DNA of 64,000 nucleotides, from positions 39,256-103,255 of the forward strand of contig JANQJO010000079.1 of assembly GCA_028281605.1 (NCBI GenBank), in the 5' to 3' direction. The notes below the pieces were generated by a model, which saw nothing but the letters and a program-made list of their open reading frames with translations, searched no databases and was not told the DNA's origin. A program made the translations under genes and the position numbers. Of the stretch, positions 48,028 through 56,762 are shown one piece after another. Source of the stretch: Pseudomonadales bacterium. GTDB taxonomy: Bacteria; Pseudomonadota; Gammaproteobacteria; Pseudomonadales; JANQJO01. How positions within the stretch are numbered: the stretch's first letter is position 1; each line of letters starts with the position of its first letter.

Positions 48028-48444
48028 ATGGAAACAGCTGTAGATTCTTTGTATGGACTTGCCGATTTCGGGTTGTACTTTGCTATCGGGTTGGGGCTCT
48101 TGCTCCTATTTAAGTTGGCTTATACCTTTGTGACTCCACATGATGAATGGAAATTGGTAAAAGATGAACAAAACATCGCGGCCGCTTGGGGGCTTGTTGG
48201 TGCGGTGATTGGTTTTAGTTTAGCGCTTGCTGGGGCTGCTTCTAATTCCGTCTCCATTATAGATTTTGTCATCTGGGGTGTGGTCGCTCTTTTGGCGCAA
48301 GTTGTCGCATTTGCTATCGTCAGGTTTATTTTTATGCCTAAAATTGTCCAGCGTATTCATGACCAAGAAGTCTCTGCTGGTATCATATTAGGGGGCATCT
48401 CAATAGCAGTTGGTATACTCAATGCTGCTTGTATGACATATTAG
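48028..48444 (+). CDS. yjfL: DUF350 family membrane protein (YjfL-like)
   Basis: 138 aa with four hydrophobic segments. Precedes yjfM/yjfC homologues, as in E. coli. Confidence 0.7.
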   Translation: METAVDSLYGLADFGLYFAIGLGLLLLFKLAYTFVTPHDEWKLVKDEQNIAAAWGLVGAVIGFSLALAGAASNSVSIIDFVIWGVVALLAQVVAFAIVRFIFMPKIVQRIHDQEVSAGIILGGISIAVGILNAACMTY

Positions 48445-48465
48445 TAGTGGGTGAGGGTAAAATTC

Positions 48466-49074
48466 ATGAAACGAACTAAACACATAAGCCTCAATAATAT
48501 GCGTAAAAAAACTCGAAGGCAGCAGCTTAAACCACTGAGCCTACTGGTGAGTACATTGCTACTCACATCTTGTAGCAGTACTGAGCAAACTCAAGTTTAT
48601 CGAGATGAGTTTGATTGTATGGAGAAAAATCCAGGGATGCAAGAAGAGTGTAAAACAGCTTTTGCAAATGCTCAGGCAGAAGCAGTTAAAACAGCACCTA
48701 AATTCGAAAATCGTAACGATTGTGAAGAGATGTTTGGTCGAAACAACTGTACCTCTTATCAAGGGAGTTCAGGGTCAAGTTGGTTCATGCCAGCTATGGC
48801 AGGGTTTTTATTGGGTCGAGCTTTGGATGGCCCTGGGTTTGGCCATTACCAACCTATGTTTACTTCCTATTCTTATCGCTCTCCCTACCGAGATCGTTGG
48901 ATCACGGCAGATGGTCGTTCCTATGGTAACCGCATGCAAAAAAATATTCGTACCCGAACAGACACATTCAAACGCAAACCAGTCATCGCCAAAACACTTT
49001 CTCGAGGTGGTTTCGGTTCGATTGCTAGCGCCAAGTCCAAGTGGGGCAGTTCTAGAGGTGGTTGGGGTGGCTGA
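48466..49074 (+). CDS. yjfM: DUF1190 family lipoprotein (YjfM-like)
   Basis: ATG 48466 gives MKRTKHISLNNMRKK, which I recall E. coli YjfM resembling at its start (MKRTKSI). Lipobox LLTSC and Gly/Ser-rich C-terminus. Confidence 0.75.
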   Translation: MKRTKHISLNNMRKKTRRQQLKPLSLLVSTLLLTSCSSTEQTQVYRDEFDCMEKNPGMQEECKTAFANAQAEAVKTAPKFENRNDCEEMFGRNNCTSYQGSSGSSWFMPAMAGFLLGRALDGPGFGHYQPMFTSYSYRSPYRDRWITADGRSYGNRMQKNIRTRTDTFKRKPVIAKTLSRGGFGSIASAKSKWGSSRGGWGG

Positions 49075-49093
49075 CTGAGCGTTTATTTCTTTA

Positions 49094-50257
49094 GTGTTGC
49101 GAAAAACCTGTAGTCCTCGTCTGAACTGGAAAGCATTGGCCGAAGAATATGGCTTTAGATTCCATACGCTCTATGGACATCCTTATTGGGATGAAAGCGC
49201 GTATTATCAATTCAGTTTGAAACAAATTGAAAAAGATTTGGAAGCGCCAACCGAAGAGCTTCATCAAATGTGTTTGTTTGTTGTCGAAAAAGTTGTAAAT
49301 GATGAAGAGTTGCTCTGCAAATTCAAAATCCCTGCAGAGCACTGGGACAATACCAGAGCCTCTTGGCTCGCTAAAGAGCCTAGCCTTTATTCCAGGTTAG
49401 ATCTTTGTTATAGCGGCATTGGAGTTGCTAAGCTCTATGAAAATAATGCTGATACACCCACCAGTTTGTACGAAACAGGTTTTTGGCAATGGTTATGGTT
49501 AGAGAATAAAATTGAGCAAAGTGAATTCCCTAAAAAAACAGATCAATTTAATTCATTACAAGAAAAATTGATTGCACGACTACAGTGTATTGCTGAAAAG
49601 CATCCGCAAGAAATTTTATATTTTAGCTGCTGTAAAAACTCTGAAGAAGATCGTGGCACTGTACAATATCTCATGGACTGCGCTTGCGAGGCAGAGATTC
49701 CGTCACGATTCATATATGTCGAAGACATCGGGCATGGTGAAGGTGATGTGTTTACCGATTTAAACAATCAAGCGATCACTTGGATTTTTAAACTCTATCC
49801 TTGGGAATTCATGCTGAGGGAAGACTATGGACGTTACCTCGATATTAATAATGTTAGCTGGCTGGAGCCTCTTTGGAAAGGGGTACTGTCCAATAAAGCT
49901 TTATTAGCCATGCTGTGGCATCTTTTTCCTAATCACCCTAATCTTTTACCTGCTTATTTTGAAGAAGATTTGTGTAAGTCAAGTCTAAAAAACTATGTCA
50001 AAAAACCTCTTTACTCACGAGAAGGTGCTAACATCACGTTCTACAAAGATGGTAAAGCACACAAAAATGTCCAAGGCCCTTATGGAGAAGAGGGCTATAT
50101 TTATCAAGCTTATCACCCTCTGCCTCAGTTTGGACCTAACCATACTTTAGTTGGTTCTTGGCTTGTTAATGATAAAGCCGCAGGCATTTCAATACGCGAA
50201 GATTATAATCCGATTACTCAAGACTTATCGCGCTATTTGCCTCATATTATTTTATAA
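49094..50257 (+). CDS. yjfC: Glutathionylspermidine synthase-like ATP-grasp protein (YjfC-like)
   Basis: 387 aa. N-terminal MLRK...YGFRFHT and C-terminal KKPLYSREGANI are typical of the GSP-synthase preATP-grasp family. Confidence 0.8.
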   Translation: MLRKTCSPRLNWKALAEEYGFRFHTLYGHPYWDESAYYQFSLKQIEKDLEAPTEELHQMCLFVVEKVVNDEELLCKFKIPAEHWDNTRASWLAKEPSLYSRLDLCYSGIGVAKLYENNADTPTSLYETGFWQWLWLENKIEQSEFPKKTDQFNSLQEKLIARLQCIAEKHPQEILYFSCCKNSEEDRGTVQYLMDCACEAEIPSRFIYVEDIGHGEGDVFTDLNNQAITWIFKLYPWEFMLREDYGRYLDINNVSWLEPLWKGVLSNKALLAMLWHLFPNHPNLLPAYFEEDLCKSSLKNYVKKPLYSREGANITFYKDGKAHKNVQGPYGEEGYIYQAYHPLPQFGPNHTLVGSWLVNDKAAGISIREDYNPITQDLSRYLPHIIL

Positions 50258-51117
50258 TTTTGACATATTTTAACGGCTTTATTGATAAATCCTACAGCTA
50301 AGCCTATTAAAGCTAATATCAAAGCAGAAGGCTCAGATATCGATGAAGGTTTAATCACTGATCGATTTGTACCACCAGGTGTCAACATGAAATTGGGGTC
50401 AAGTGAAACCGTTACACCTAAGTGATTAGAAATGTTATTAGGATTAGCAGTATAAGGTCCTTGACCTGCACCGTGTACATCCATTACATAGGCATTCCCA
50501 TTCATTCCAGACACATATGCATCGGGAATAAAGCCATTAGGATCAATATCCACTCCGCCCAGCTGAGACCCATACGCAAGATCATTTGCACCGCCATCAA
50601 CCCATGCAATAGTTTCTATCACTGACGTCCATGGTAGTAATGCATCAAGTACTCCATCATTGTTTGTATCAAGATCATCGCCTAAAGCACCAAAAAAATC
50701 TTTTACTAAAAGAAAAGTAATGGTTCCGTTTTCAAGGTCATTCGTAAAAAGAGTTTGGGGTTCAGGCTCTACAATCACTGTTGTAGCGGGTTCGGGTATA
50801 GGGTTTAAAACCGCAGTCGTATCACGTAGCAACAATAATCCATTGTCACCCAAGGTATCAGTGGAATCAAAAGTGTGATATCGGTCAATTTTACCCGCAC
50901 TATTACCATCACCTTCTATTAATACGATAGAAAGGCCATTAAGAGATTCACCAGCAGCACCAGAGAGTTCAATAAATTCTTTGCCGTTATCAGCACCTGG
51001 AGCATTAATTAATATTTCATTAATACTCACTGCGCGAGCATTAGAGACAAATATTATCACATATAATAATGTTAATATTTTTGATTTTTTTATAAAAATA
51101 TCTTTGCGAAATTTCAT
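50242..51117 (-). CDS. Secreted lamin-tail-domain (LTD) protein with PEP-CTERM-like (SEP) C-terminal sorting signal
   Basis: Signal peptide ...SNARA. LTD motif INEILINAPGADNGKEFIELSG. C-terminal ISEPSALILALIGLAVGFINKAVK has a xEP motif, a TM helix and a basic tail. Confidence 0.65.
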   Translation of the reverse strand: MKFRKDIFIKKSKILTLLYVIIFVSNARAVSINEILINAPGADNGKEFIELSGAAGESLNGLSIVLIEGDGNSAGKIDRYHTFDSTDTLGDNGLLLLRDTTAVLNPIPEPATTVIVEPEPQTLFTNDLENGTITFLLVKDFFGALGDDLDTNNDGVLDALLPWTSVIETIAWVDGGANDLAYGSQLGGVDIDPNGFIPDAYVSGMNGNAYVMDVHGAGQGPYTANPNNISNHLGVTVSLDPNFMLTPGGTNRSVIKPSSISEPSALILALIGLAVGFINKAVKICQNYKII

Positions 51118-51452
51118 TTTTTTACCTCTTCAATATGTAATTGTCACTGTTTAATTTTTTATGGCTTCATAAAGTAATGTAAAAAATTGCAAAATGAAAG
51201 CTGGCGCTCATTAACGCAAATTTCATACCGACAAAAGTAGCTATGTTATTTTTCAGTAATGTATGGATACAAGGTGCTATCGGGAGGATACGCTATGTAA
51301 AGTAAGCTGACATTCACATACACAATTTTTATTTTGTTAATGAATTGTGACTTAATTTATTATTTTTTGCTTTTTTTGTAACAGCGTGTTAGCATCTCCT
51401 GTTTCAAATTTTGAAGTAATCATAAGACTATGTATTAAGTTAGGTTCAATCT

Positions 51453-51824
51453 ATGAGAGAAATAATTGACATGTCAAAGAGAGTGCTATCTATTATCTCT
51501 TCATTATTACCAGTATTGTGTATATGCTTATTGAACTATCAAGAAGTACATGCTTACCCAGATGATCGTGATTTCATACAATATGCTTTCAAATATTATG
51601 GCCATGTCCAACATACCAGTATGCATTCTGGCCGACGCCAGATTTATTTGCTTCCTAGATTTCAGATTCCAAGAAACACAAAAATTAAATTAGCTCAAAT
51701 CCCAAAAGCCAGCAATGAAAAAAGAGCTCTTCTATTAAAGGCAAACTTGAAAAATAAAAATGTCTTTTCGTGTGTGCCGCCTGAACTAGCTGCTGTAGTC
51801 ACATTCAGCGAAGATCCGTGCTAA
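51453..51824 (+). CDS. Hypothetical small secreted protein
   Basis: Signal-like SIISSLLPVLCICLLNYQEVHA. No family recognised. Confidence 0.4.
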   Translation: MREIIDMSKRVLSIISSLLPVLCICLLNYQEVHAYPDDRDFIQYAFKYYGHVQHTSMHSGRRQIYLLPRFQIPRNTKIKLAQIPKASNEKRALLLKANLKNKNVFSCVPPELAAVVTFSEDPC

Positions 51825-51975
51825 ACAGAAATAGAGGTGAGTCTTGCGCTTTCTATAGTTAAATTTATTTGGCAAAAGCGATTGCAATATAAAACCGCAG
51901 ATTTTTTTCTAAATGCGATGAAGACAGAAGCTGTGCAATATCCTGTTATAGTATCTGTTTTACCTGGAAGTTAGC

Positions 51976-53445
51976 ATGGCCAAACGGTATGATACGCTCA
52001 TGAAATTTCTTTTTAATCTTAGGGTGAAAACTTTTAATTTGCTTTTGTTTGCCTGCGTTTTGGATTTGAATGCTTGTGCGATAAAATCAAACGGCCCATT
52101 AATTGTTCAGCAGGTGAAAAGTGAGCAAGAATTATCTTTGCCTGCTGTGAAGCAAATGCAGGAGTATTTAAAAAATCAGCCTTTTGAAACCGAAGCAGCA
52201 CAGCGATGGTGGTTATCGTTTGCAGATCCCGTTCTGCAGCAACTGGTTGATGTGGCTCTTGAGCAAGCTTATCAAGTTCGTACGGCCTTAGCAAATTTAG
52301 AGGCAGCGAAAAGTCAGTTACGTGCTTCAAATGCGGATTTGTTGCCTTCGGTTGAGTTGGGTATAGATGCTTCGGTGACGGACTTTGATGTTGAGCGTAA
52401 TGATTTTGCTGGGGATACCTTAAGCCACAGGTTTGGTGTGAGTGCACTGATGCAATGGCAAGTTGATGTTTCAGGACGAGCACGTTCGCTGGTTGCCTCG
52501 TCCCGTGCTGATGTGGTTTCGACGGCTGCTTTATTAAGAGATGTGCAACGTTTGGTGGTGCAGCAGGTTGTTGGTACTTATGTTGAATTGCGTGCAGCTC
52601 AGCAGCGCTTACTCCTGGCTCAACAAAGTGTGCAGCGTCGAGAACAGCATGTAGAAAGGATAGAGCGCTTGTTGCAAAAAGGTTACGCTACGGCATTGGA
52701 TAAGAGTAGAACTGATAATCAACTGTATGAGTCAAAAGCAGACGCTTACGTGCAGGAAATTGAAATGGTGCGTTTGACTAATGCGCTTGCGTTGTTGCTG
52801 GGTCTCAACTTGATTGAAACGAGAGCATTAGTGCATGAGCCTAGACAGCTGCCGGTTTTGGTGGATGATGTGCCTTTGCCGAACGTATCGCAATTAATTC
52901 ATCACCGTCCTGATATTCGAGCAGTAGAATTGCGATTGCTTGCAGTTGCTTTTGAACTAAATGCAGCGAAAGCTTCATTGTACCCATCTTTTAGCGTAGG
53001 TGTTAATGTGTTTAAGCAAGGAGAGCGATTGGGTAAATGGCCTGATTTAAGTGATGTTGTTGGGCGTGTATTTTCTAATTTAGCGGTCCCTATATTGGGT
53101 CGAGGGCGTTTGCTGGCAGCTGTTGATTCACAGTCTGCTCGATTGAAAGAAGCTCATATTAGTTATGAGGAGACGATTGCTAGGGCTCTAGCAGAGCTGG
53201 ATTCATCTGTAGTGTCTGTGGTGAAAACACGACAAATTTATGAGCAAAGAAAGTTGGCTGCTGAAAGTGCGAAGGTGGCTGCTGAGTCTTCTTATGCTTT
53301 ATTTCAGTCAGGTGAAATTGATTATACTTCAGTGATTGTGGCTGAACAAACGCGAACTTTTGCTGAGCAAGCAGCTATAGTAGCCCATAGGACAGCTGTT
53401 GTAACCTATGTTGGATATTTGTCAGCTGTTGTGCCAGTTTGGTAG
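51976..53445 (+). CDS. Outer-membrane efflux protein (TolC/NodT family lipoprotein)
   Basis: Lipobox LNAC. Two repeated helical halves with the typical LLPSVELG... and LYPSFSVG... segments. 489 aa. Confidence 0.8.
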   Translation: MAKRYDTLMKFLFNLRVKTFNLLLFACVLDLNACAIKSNGPLIVQQVKSEQELSLPAVKQMQEYLKNQPFETEAAQRWWLSFADPVLQQLVDVALEQAYQVRTALANLEAAKSQLRASNADLLPSVELGIDASVTDFDVERNDFAGDTLSHRFGVSALMQWQVDVSGRARSLVASSRADVVSTAALLRDVQRLVVQQVVGTYVELRAAQQRLLLAQQSVQRREQHVERIERLLQKGYATALDKSRTDNQLYESKADAYVQEIEMVRLTNALALLLGLNLIETRALVHEPRQLPVLVDDVPLPNVSQLIHHRPDIRAVELRLLAVAFELNAAKASLYPSFSVGVNVFKQGERLGKWPDLSDVVGRVFSNLAVPILGRGRLLAAVDSQSARLKEAHISYEETIARALAELDSSVVSVVKTRQIYEQRKLAAESAKVAAESSYALFQSGEIDYTSVIVAEQTRTFAEQAAIVAHRTAVVTYVGYLSAVVPVW

Positions 53446-53469
53446 AAAGTTATTCGTATTGTCTGGTCT

Positions 53470-54756
53470 CTATTGATATGGTTTAAATCGTCCCTGTGAT
53501 ACTCTTGGGTCCCAACGTGGTACAGCTAGGTGTTTACTTTGATTGGGCTTCAATTGCTGTTTAGAATTTTGTATGTCTTTTGCTTTGTTTTGCTGTAAGT
53601 TTTTGTACCTTTGTTCGAGTTTTTGCTCTGCCCTGATAGAGTTGTACTTTAATTCAGGTTCGATAAATTCCTCAGGCAGTTCTGTAAAACGAGGATAGGT
53701 GACAGAGTCGAAATCCCAAGCATACTTATTGCCATACATGATTTCTTTGTAGAGTTTGAAATCAATCGATTGAGTGCCGTTATTAAAACTATTTAAGCTG
53801 TATAGATTCCGATAATACTCTAACGCTAAATAAGTTTTCCGATCCAATATTCCGTGAGTGGCTCCATGATAGTAATTAAATTGTTTTAACCGCATTTGTA
53901 TACTCTTGATGAGTTTATGGCGATCTTTGCTGTAGCGAACGTATTCTTCTCTAATTTTGGCTAAGACTTCAGGATTTTCATAATCTAGAGGTAGGCATGT
54001 CATATAAGGTATGTCTAATAATTTTCCTATTAATTCTATCAGTCCAAGGTCTACTAAATTACGAATGGCTTGGCCAAGGCCATCACGCCGATCTAGACCA
54101 AAATCAAAGAAAGTACCCACTGAATTAATGCGGCCTCCTAAATCTGTACCGGCACCTTTGTCATAAACGGCTAATACATTATTCGATGTGACGCCTGGTA
54201 TCATTTGTAAAGAACTGACCTGCCCGACATTTAAATCAAGTGCTGCATATGAAATGCCTTGTCCGCCTGTGAATGCTGCATTCCAATCTTCGCTGTTTAA
54301 GGCTGTGCCGAAGCGTGAGGATATGACATTTTTATCAAGCTGAGTGATACCGCCTCTGATAAAATAATCGGGCGTAATGAAATTTTCTTTTGCATCGTGT
54401 GCTTTGTGTAATAGGATAATATCTCTTAAATCAGTGCCATAAGAAACAAAACGAATACGCTGGCTTTTGCTGCCTATTTTAGACATGGATGTGATGAGCA
54501 TTTCTTTGCCACCAACTAATTGTTCTCCTTCTCCTGTCATATTTGGAATGTCTTGTGCTGTAATAGTAATGGTTGGAATATCGTATTGTATTAATAGATT
54601 ATCCATACAGGCTAAAGAGTTTGAGAAATTTGTTACGTTAACCACAGGATTTTCTATAGGGTTTCTGTTGAATGTTTTATTTCCCAATAGAAAATTAGCA
54701 CAGCCGCTGAGCTGGCTTGTGATGAACAGTGTAATTAATGCTACTTTTTTTGTCAT
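53470..54756 (-). CDS. CsgG/HfaB-like outer-membrane secretion-channel lipoprotein with C-terminal extension
   Basis: ATG 54756 gives MTKKVALITLFITSQLSGC (lipobox). ITAQDIPNMTGEG, YFIRGGITQLDKNV and GQAIRNLVDLGLIELIGKL align by eye with CsgG VSVYNIQDETGQF, IMVEGSIIGYESNV and MSAIETGVIFLINDGI. An extra region of about 150 aa includes FNYYHGATHGILDRKTYLALEYY (like PG-binding domain 1). Confidence 0.65.
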   Translation of the reverse strand: MTKKVALITLFITSQLSGCANFLLGNKTFNRNPIENPVVNVTNFSNSLACMDNLLIQYDIPTITITAQDIPNMTGEGEQLVGGKEMLITSMSKIGSKSQRIRFVSYGTDLRDIILLHKAHDAKENFITPDYFIRGGITQLDKNVISSRFGTALNSEDWNAAFTGGQGISYAALDLNVGQVSSLQMIPGVTSNNVLAVYDKGAGTDLGGRINSVGTFFDFGLDRRDGLGQAIRNLVDLGLIELIGKLLDIPYMTCLPLDYENPEVLAKIREEYVRYSKDRHKLIKSIQMRLKQFNYYHGATHGILDRKTYLALEYYRNLYSLNSFNNGTQSIDFKLYKEIMYGNKYAWDFDSVTYPRFTELPEEFIEPELKYNSIRAEQKLEQRYKNLQQNKAKDIQNSKQQLKPNQSKHLAVPRWDPRVSQGRFKPYQ

Positions 54757-54763
54757 TTTATAT

Positions 54764-55114
54764 TTAACTTCCGCAGTCGCTTGCATTGACAACATCCCCG
54801 TCAATAAATACTGTAGTTTCAACGTCATTAAATTGATCGCTACCGAACTGCCCTGGAACAACGTTACCTATGTTTATGGAGCAATTGTTAAATACCTGCG
54901 GCATGCCGAGATCGAAAGGTGGTTTTTCGCTTTTATCCGCCGTTTCTGCGGCATATCGGTTTTTTTGTGCTTGTAATTTATATAAAGGTGTTCGGGCGTG
55001 TATAGGTATAAAGTGGTTAAGCCCAGAAAATGCTTGGCTTTGAATTTCACCAAAGTTGATATTAGGGAGAGTTGCTAATATCAATAGAAATTTTGGATGA
55101 AACTTTAAAAACAT
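54764..55114 (-). CDS. Small secreted protein C (paralogue set, C-terminal Cys pair)
   Basis: Signal-like MFLKFHPKFLLILATLPNINFG. NNCSINIGNVVPG...SDCGS. The stop lies 7 nt before the CsgG-like start. Confidence 0.5.
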   Translation of the reverse strand: MFLKFHPKFLLILATLPNINFGEIQSQAFSGLNHFIPIHARTPLYKLQAQKNRYAAETADKSEKPPFDLGMPQVFNNCSINIGNVVPGQFGSDQFNDVETTVFIDGDVVNASDCGS

Positions 55115-55130
55115 TTTTTGAACCCTATAT

Positions 55131-55469
55131 CTATTGTGTTGGATTGCATGCTGTGCTGCCTACTACAGATCCAATGATTATTTGACTGCAGCTGTTATCT
55201 GCATCAGCAATAGCCGATAGATTACCTGTTCCAACCAGTACTTCAAAACTGTTTGCTTCCCCTTCTAGAAATGAACCAACAATTACTTGTGAAACACCAC
55301 TGTCAGCTGAAGAAATGGTTGAGACGCTTTCAACAGTGACATTGATGGCAACTCTCCCATTGATTGAAGGTGCTTCCGCTATGCTGGTAAGATTGATGCT
55401 AGTCAAGTAACACAAGCTGAACAACTTTAAGCATTGCTTTAGCTTTTTTTTAGTGGTTTGTACGGTCAT
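55131..55469 (-). CDS. Small secreted Ser/Gly/Val/Ile-rich protein B (imperfect repeats, C-terminal Cys pair)
   Basis: Signal-like N-terminus ending SIAEA. Repeats are DSGVSQVIVGSF / SFEVLVGTG / NSCSQIIIGSVVGSTAC. Confidence 0.55.
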   Translation of the reverse strand: MTVQTTKKKLKQCLKLFSLCYLTSINLTSIAEAPSINGRVAINVTVESVSTISSADSGVSQVIVGSFLEGEANSFEVLVGTGNLSAIADADNSCSQIIIGSVVGSTACNPTQ

Positions 55470-55490
55470 GTTCTAAGGGTTCGTCAGTTT

Positions 55491-55856
55491 TTATTGTTCG
55501 TCGTAAGTGCAAGTGCTTGCACCGATTGACCCAACAGATGTTTTAACGCACAAAGTACCCTGCCAAGAAAGACCTGCGTTGACAATAGATATTCCCCCTA
55601 AGAGGCCGTCAATTAAAATTTGGTTGGTGAGACTTCCAGAAATTACAGAGTTTCCATGTACAGTACCAACACTAACTTCCATTTCAACGTCACCACCTTT
55701 CAGGCCGCCAACGCTAAGACCGGCATTTAAAATAGCGCCTCTTAAGGCGATTTCGTTGACAACATCTCCGCCAATATTAGCTATAGGGGCATCTGCATAA
55801 ATGAACTGTGTTGTGCTTAGATAAAGTGCGATTGCAGTTAATGTTTTCTTAATCAT
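55491..55856 (-). CDS. Small secreted Gly/Ser/Val/Ile-rich protein A (imperfect repeats, C-terminal Cys pair)
   Basis: AAGGAA Shine-Dalgarno and signal peptide ...QFIYA/DAP. Repeats are ILNAGLSVGG / IVNAGLSWQG and VSVGTV / TSVGSI, ending LCVKTSVGSIGASTC. Confidence 0.6.
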   Translation of the reverse strand: MIKKTLTAIALYLSTTQFIYADAPIANIGGDVVNEIALRGAILNAGLSVGGLKGGDVEMEVSVGTVHGNSVISGSLTNQILIDGLLGGISIVNAGLSWQGTLCVKTSVGSIGASTCTYDEQ

Positions 55857-56058
55857 GACATGTTCCTTTGCGATTTGTTTTTTTGATTTATTTATAATTT
55901 TTAGTTAGTTTTTTTATGACGCTTTTCTTTTGTAATGAAATTATTTTTTCTTATGTAGTATTTTTGATGGGTCCAGGTTAACATAAATTAAAACAATATT
56001 CATATAATTTTACAATTGTGGCATATTTTATAAATTGATTAATTAATATTTTTGGAGG

Positions 56059-56751
56059 GTGTCTGTGTACCAGGTTCAAAAAATTGCTATCTTTTTGTTT
56101 TTTTTGCTGTGCTGTTTTTTATCGTCTTGCCAGATTCAATATGCTGATTCTTATAATGGCGAATACGACAGTAGAAAAGATTTTGCTAGTGAGGGTTTGG
56201 TCACTTCTATTTACCATGTTTTAGCAGTGGGTAAGTTAGATAGGCCTTTGTCTAAGAGTAAGCTTCCCAAGTATACTGATAATAAAAGATGTTCCGAAAT
56301 TGAAAGTGTTAATTGGGACTTGCTTGTTAAAATAGAACAAGACTTGCGTAGAGATTTTGCTGGAGATTGGATTGATGTACAGAGAAGAAGGGATACTTTG
56401 TTAGTTCATATGCCCGGAAGAAATTATTATGAAATTGGCCATGAGCATGTGAACCCTGATTTTTATCCCGTTATGGATCGTTTAATAGCAAGATTGAAAC
56501 AGTATAGATATGTTAGAGTCGAATTTATTGGACATACAGATTCTTGGGATACGAAAGAGTATAACCAAGATCTATCCAAGCATCGAGCGAACAATATGGA
56601 GCGTTATTTTAATAGGTACAGTATCTCTGGTTCAGCTACTGTTTCTAGTGGAAAAGGGGAAACAGACTTTTTGGTTTCTAATGCAACCTCATTGGGTCGT
56701 TCTCTTAATCGAAGAGTGACATTGTTAATTTGTACCACAGATTATGTATGA
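56059..56751 (+). CDS. OmpA-family (peptidoglycan-associating) lipoprotein
   Basis: Lipobox LSSC. OmpA_C-like FIGHTDSWDTKEYNQDLSKHRANNMERYF...LNRRVTLLI. Confidence 0.75.
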   Translation: MSVYQVQKIAIFLFFLLCCFLSSCQIQYADSYNGEYDSRKDFASEGLVTSIYHVLAVGKLDRPLSKSKLPKYTDNKRCSEIESVNWDLLVKIEQDLRRDFAGDWIDVQRRRDTLLVHMPGRNYYEIGHEHVNPDFYPVMDRLIARLKQYRYVRVEFIGHTDSWDTKEYNQDLSKHRANNMERYFNRYSISGSATVSSGKGETDFLVSNATSLGRSLNRRVTLLICTTDYV

Positions 56752-56762
56752 AATGTAAGACC

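Noticed and set aside
51190-51215. A sigma-54-like TGGCGC-N5-AACGCA in the spacer between the LTD gene and ORF 51453.
   Set aside because: The GG to GC spacing is off by one and the -12 region is a poor match. It also lies about 250 nt from the nearest start codon.
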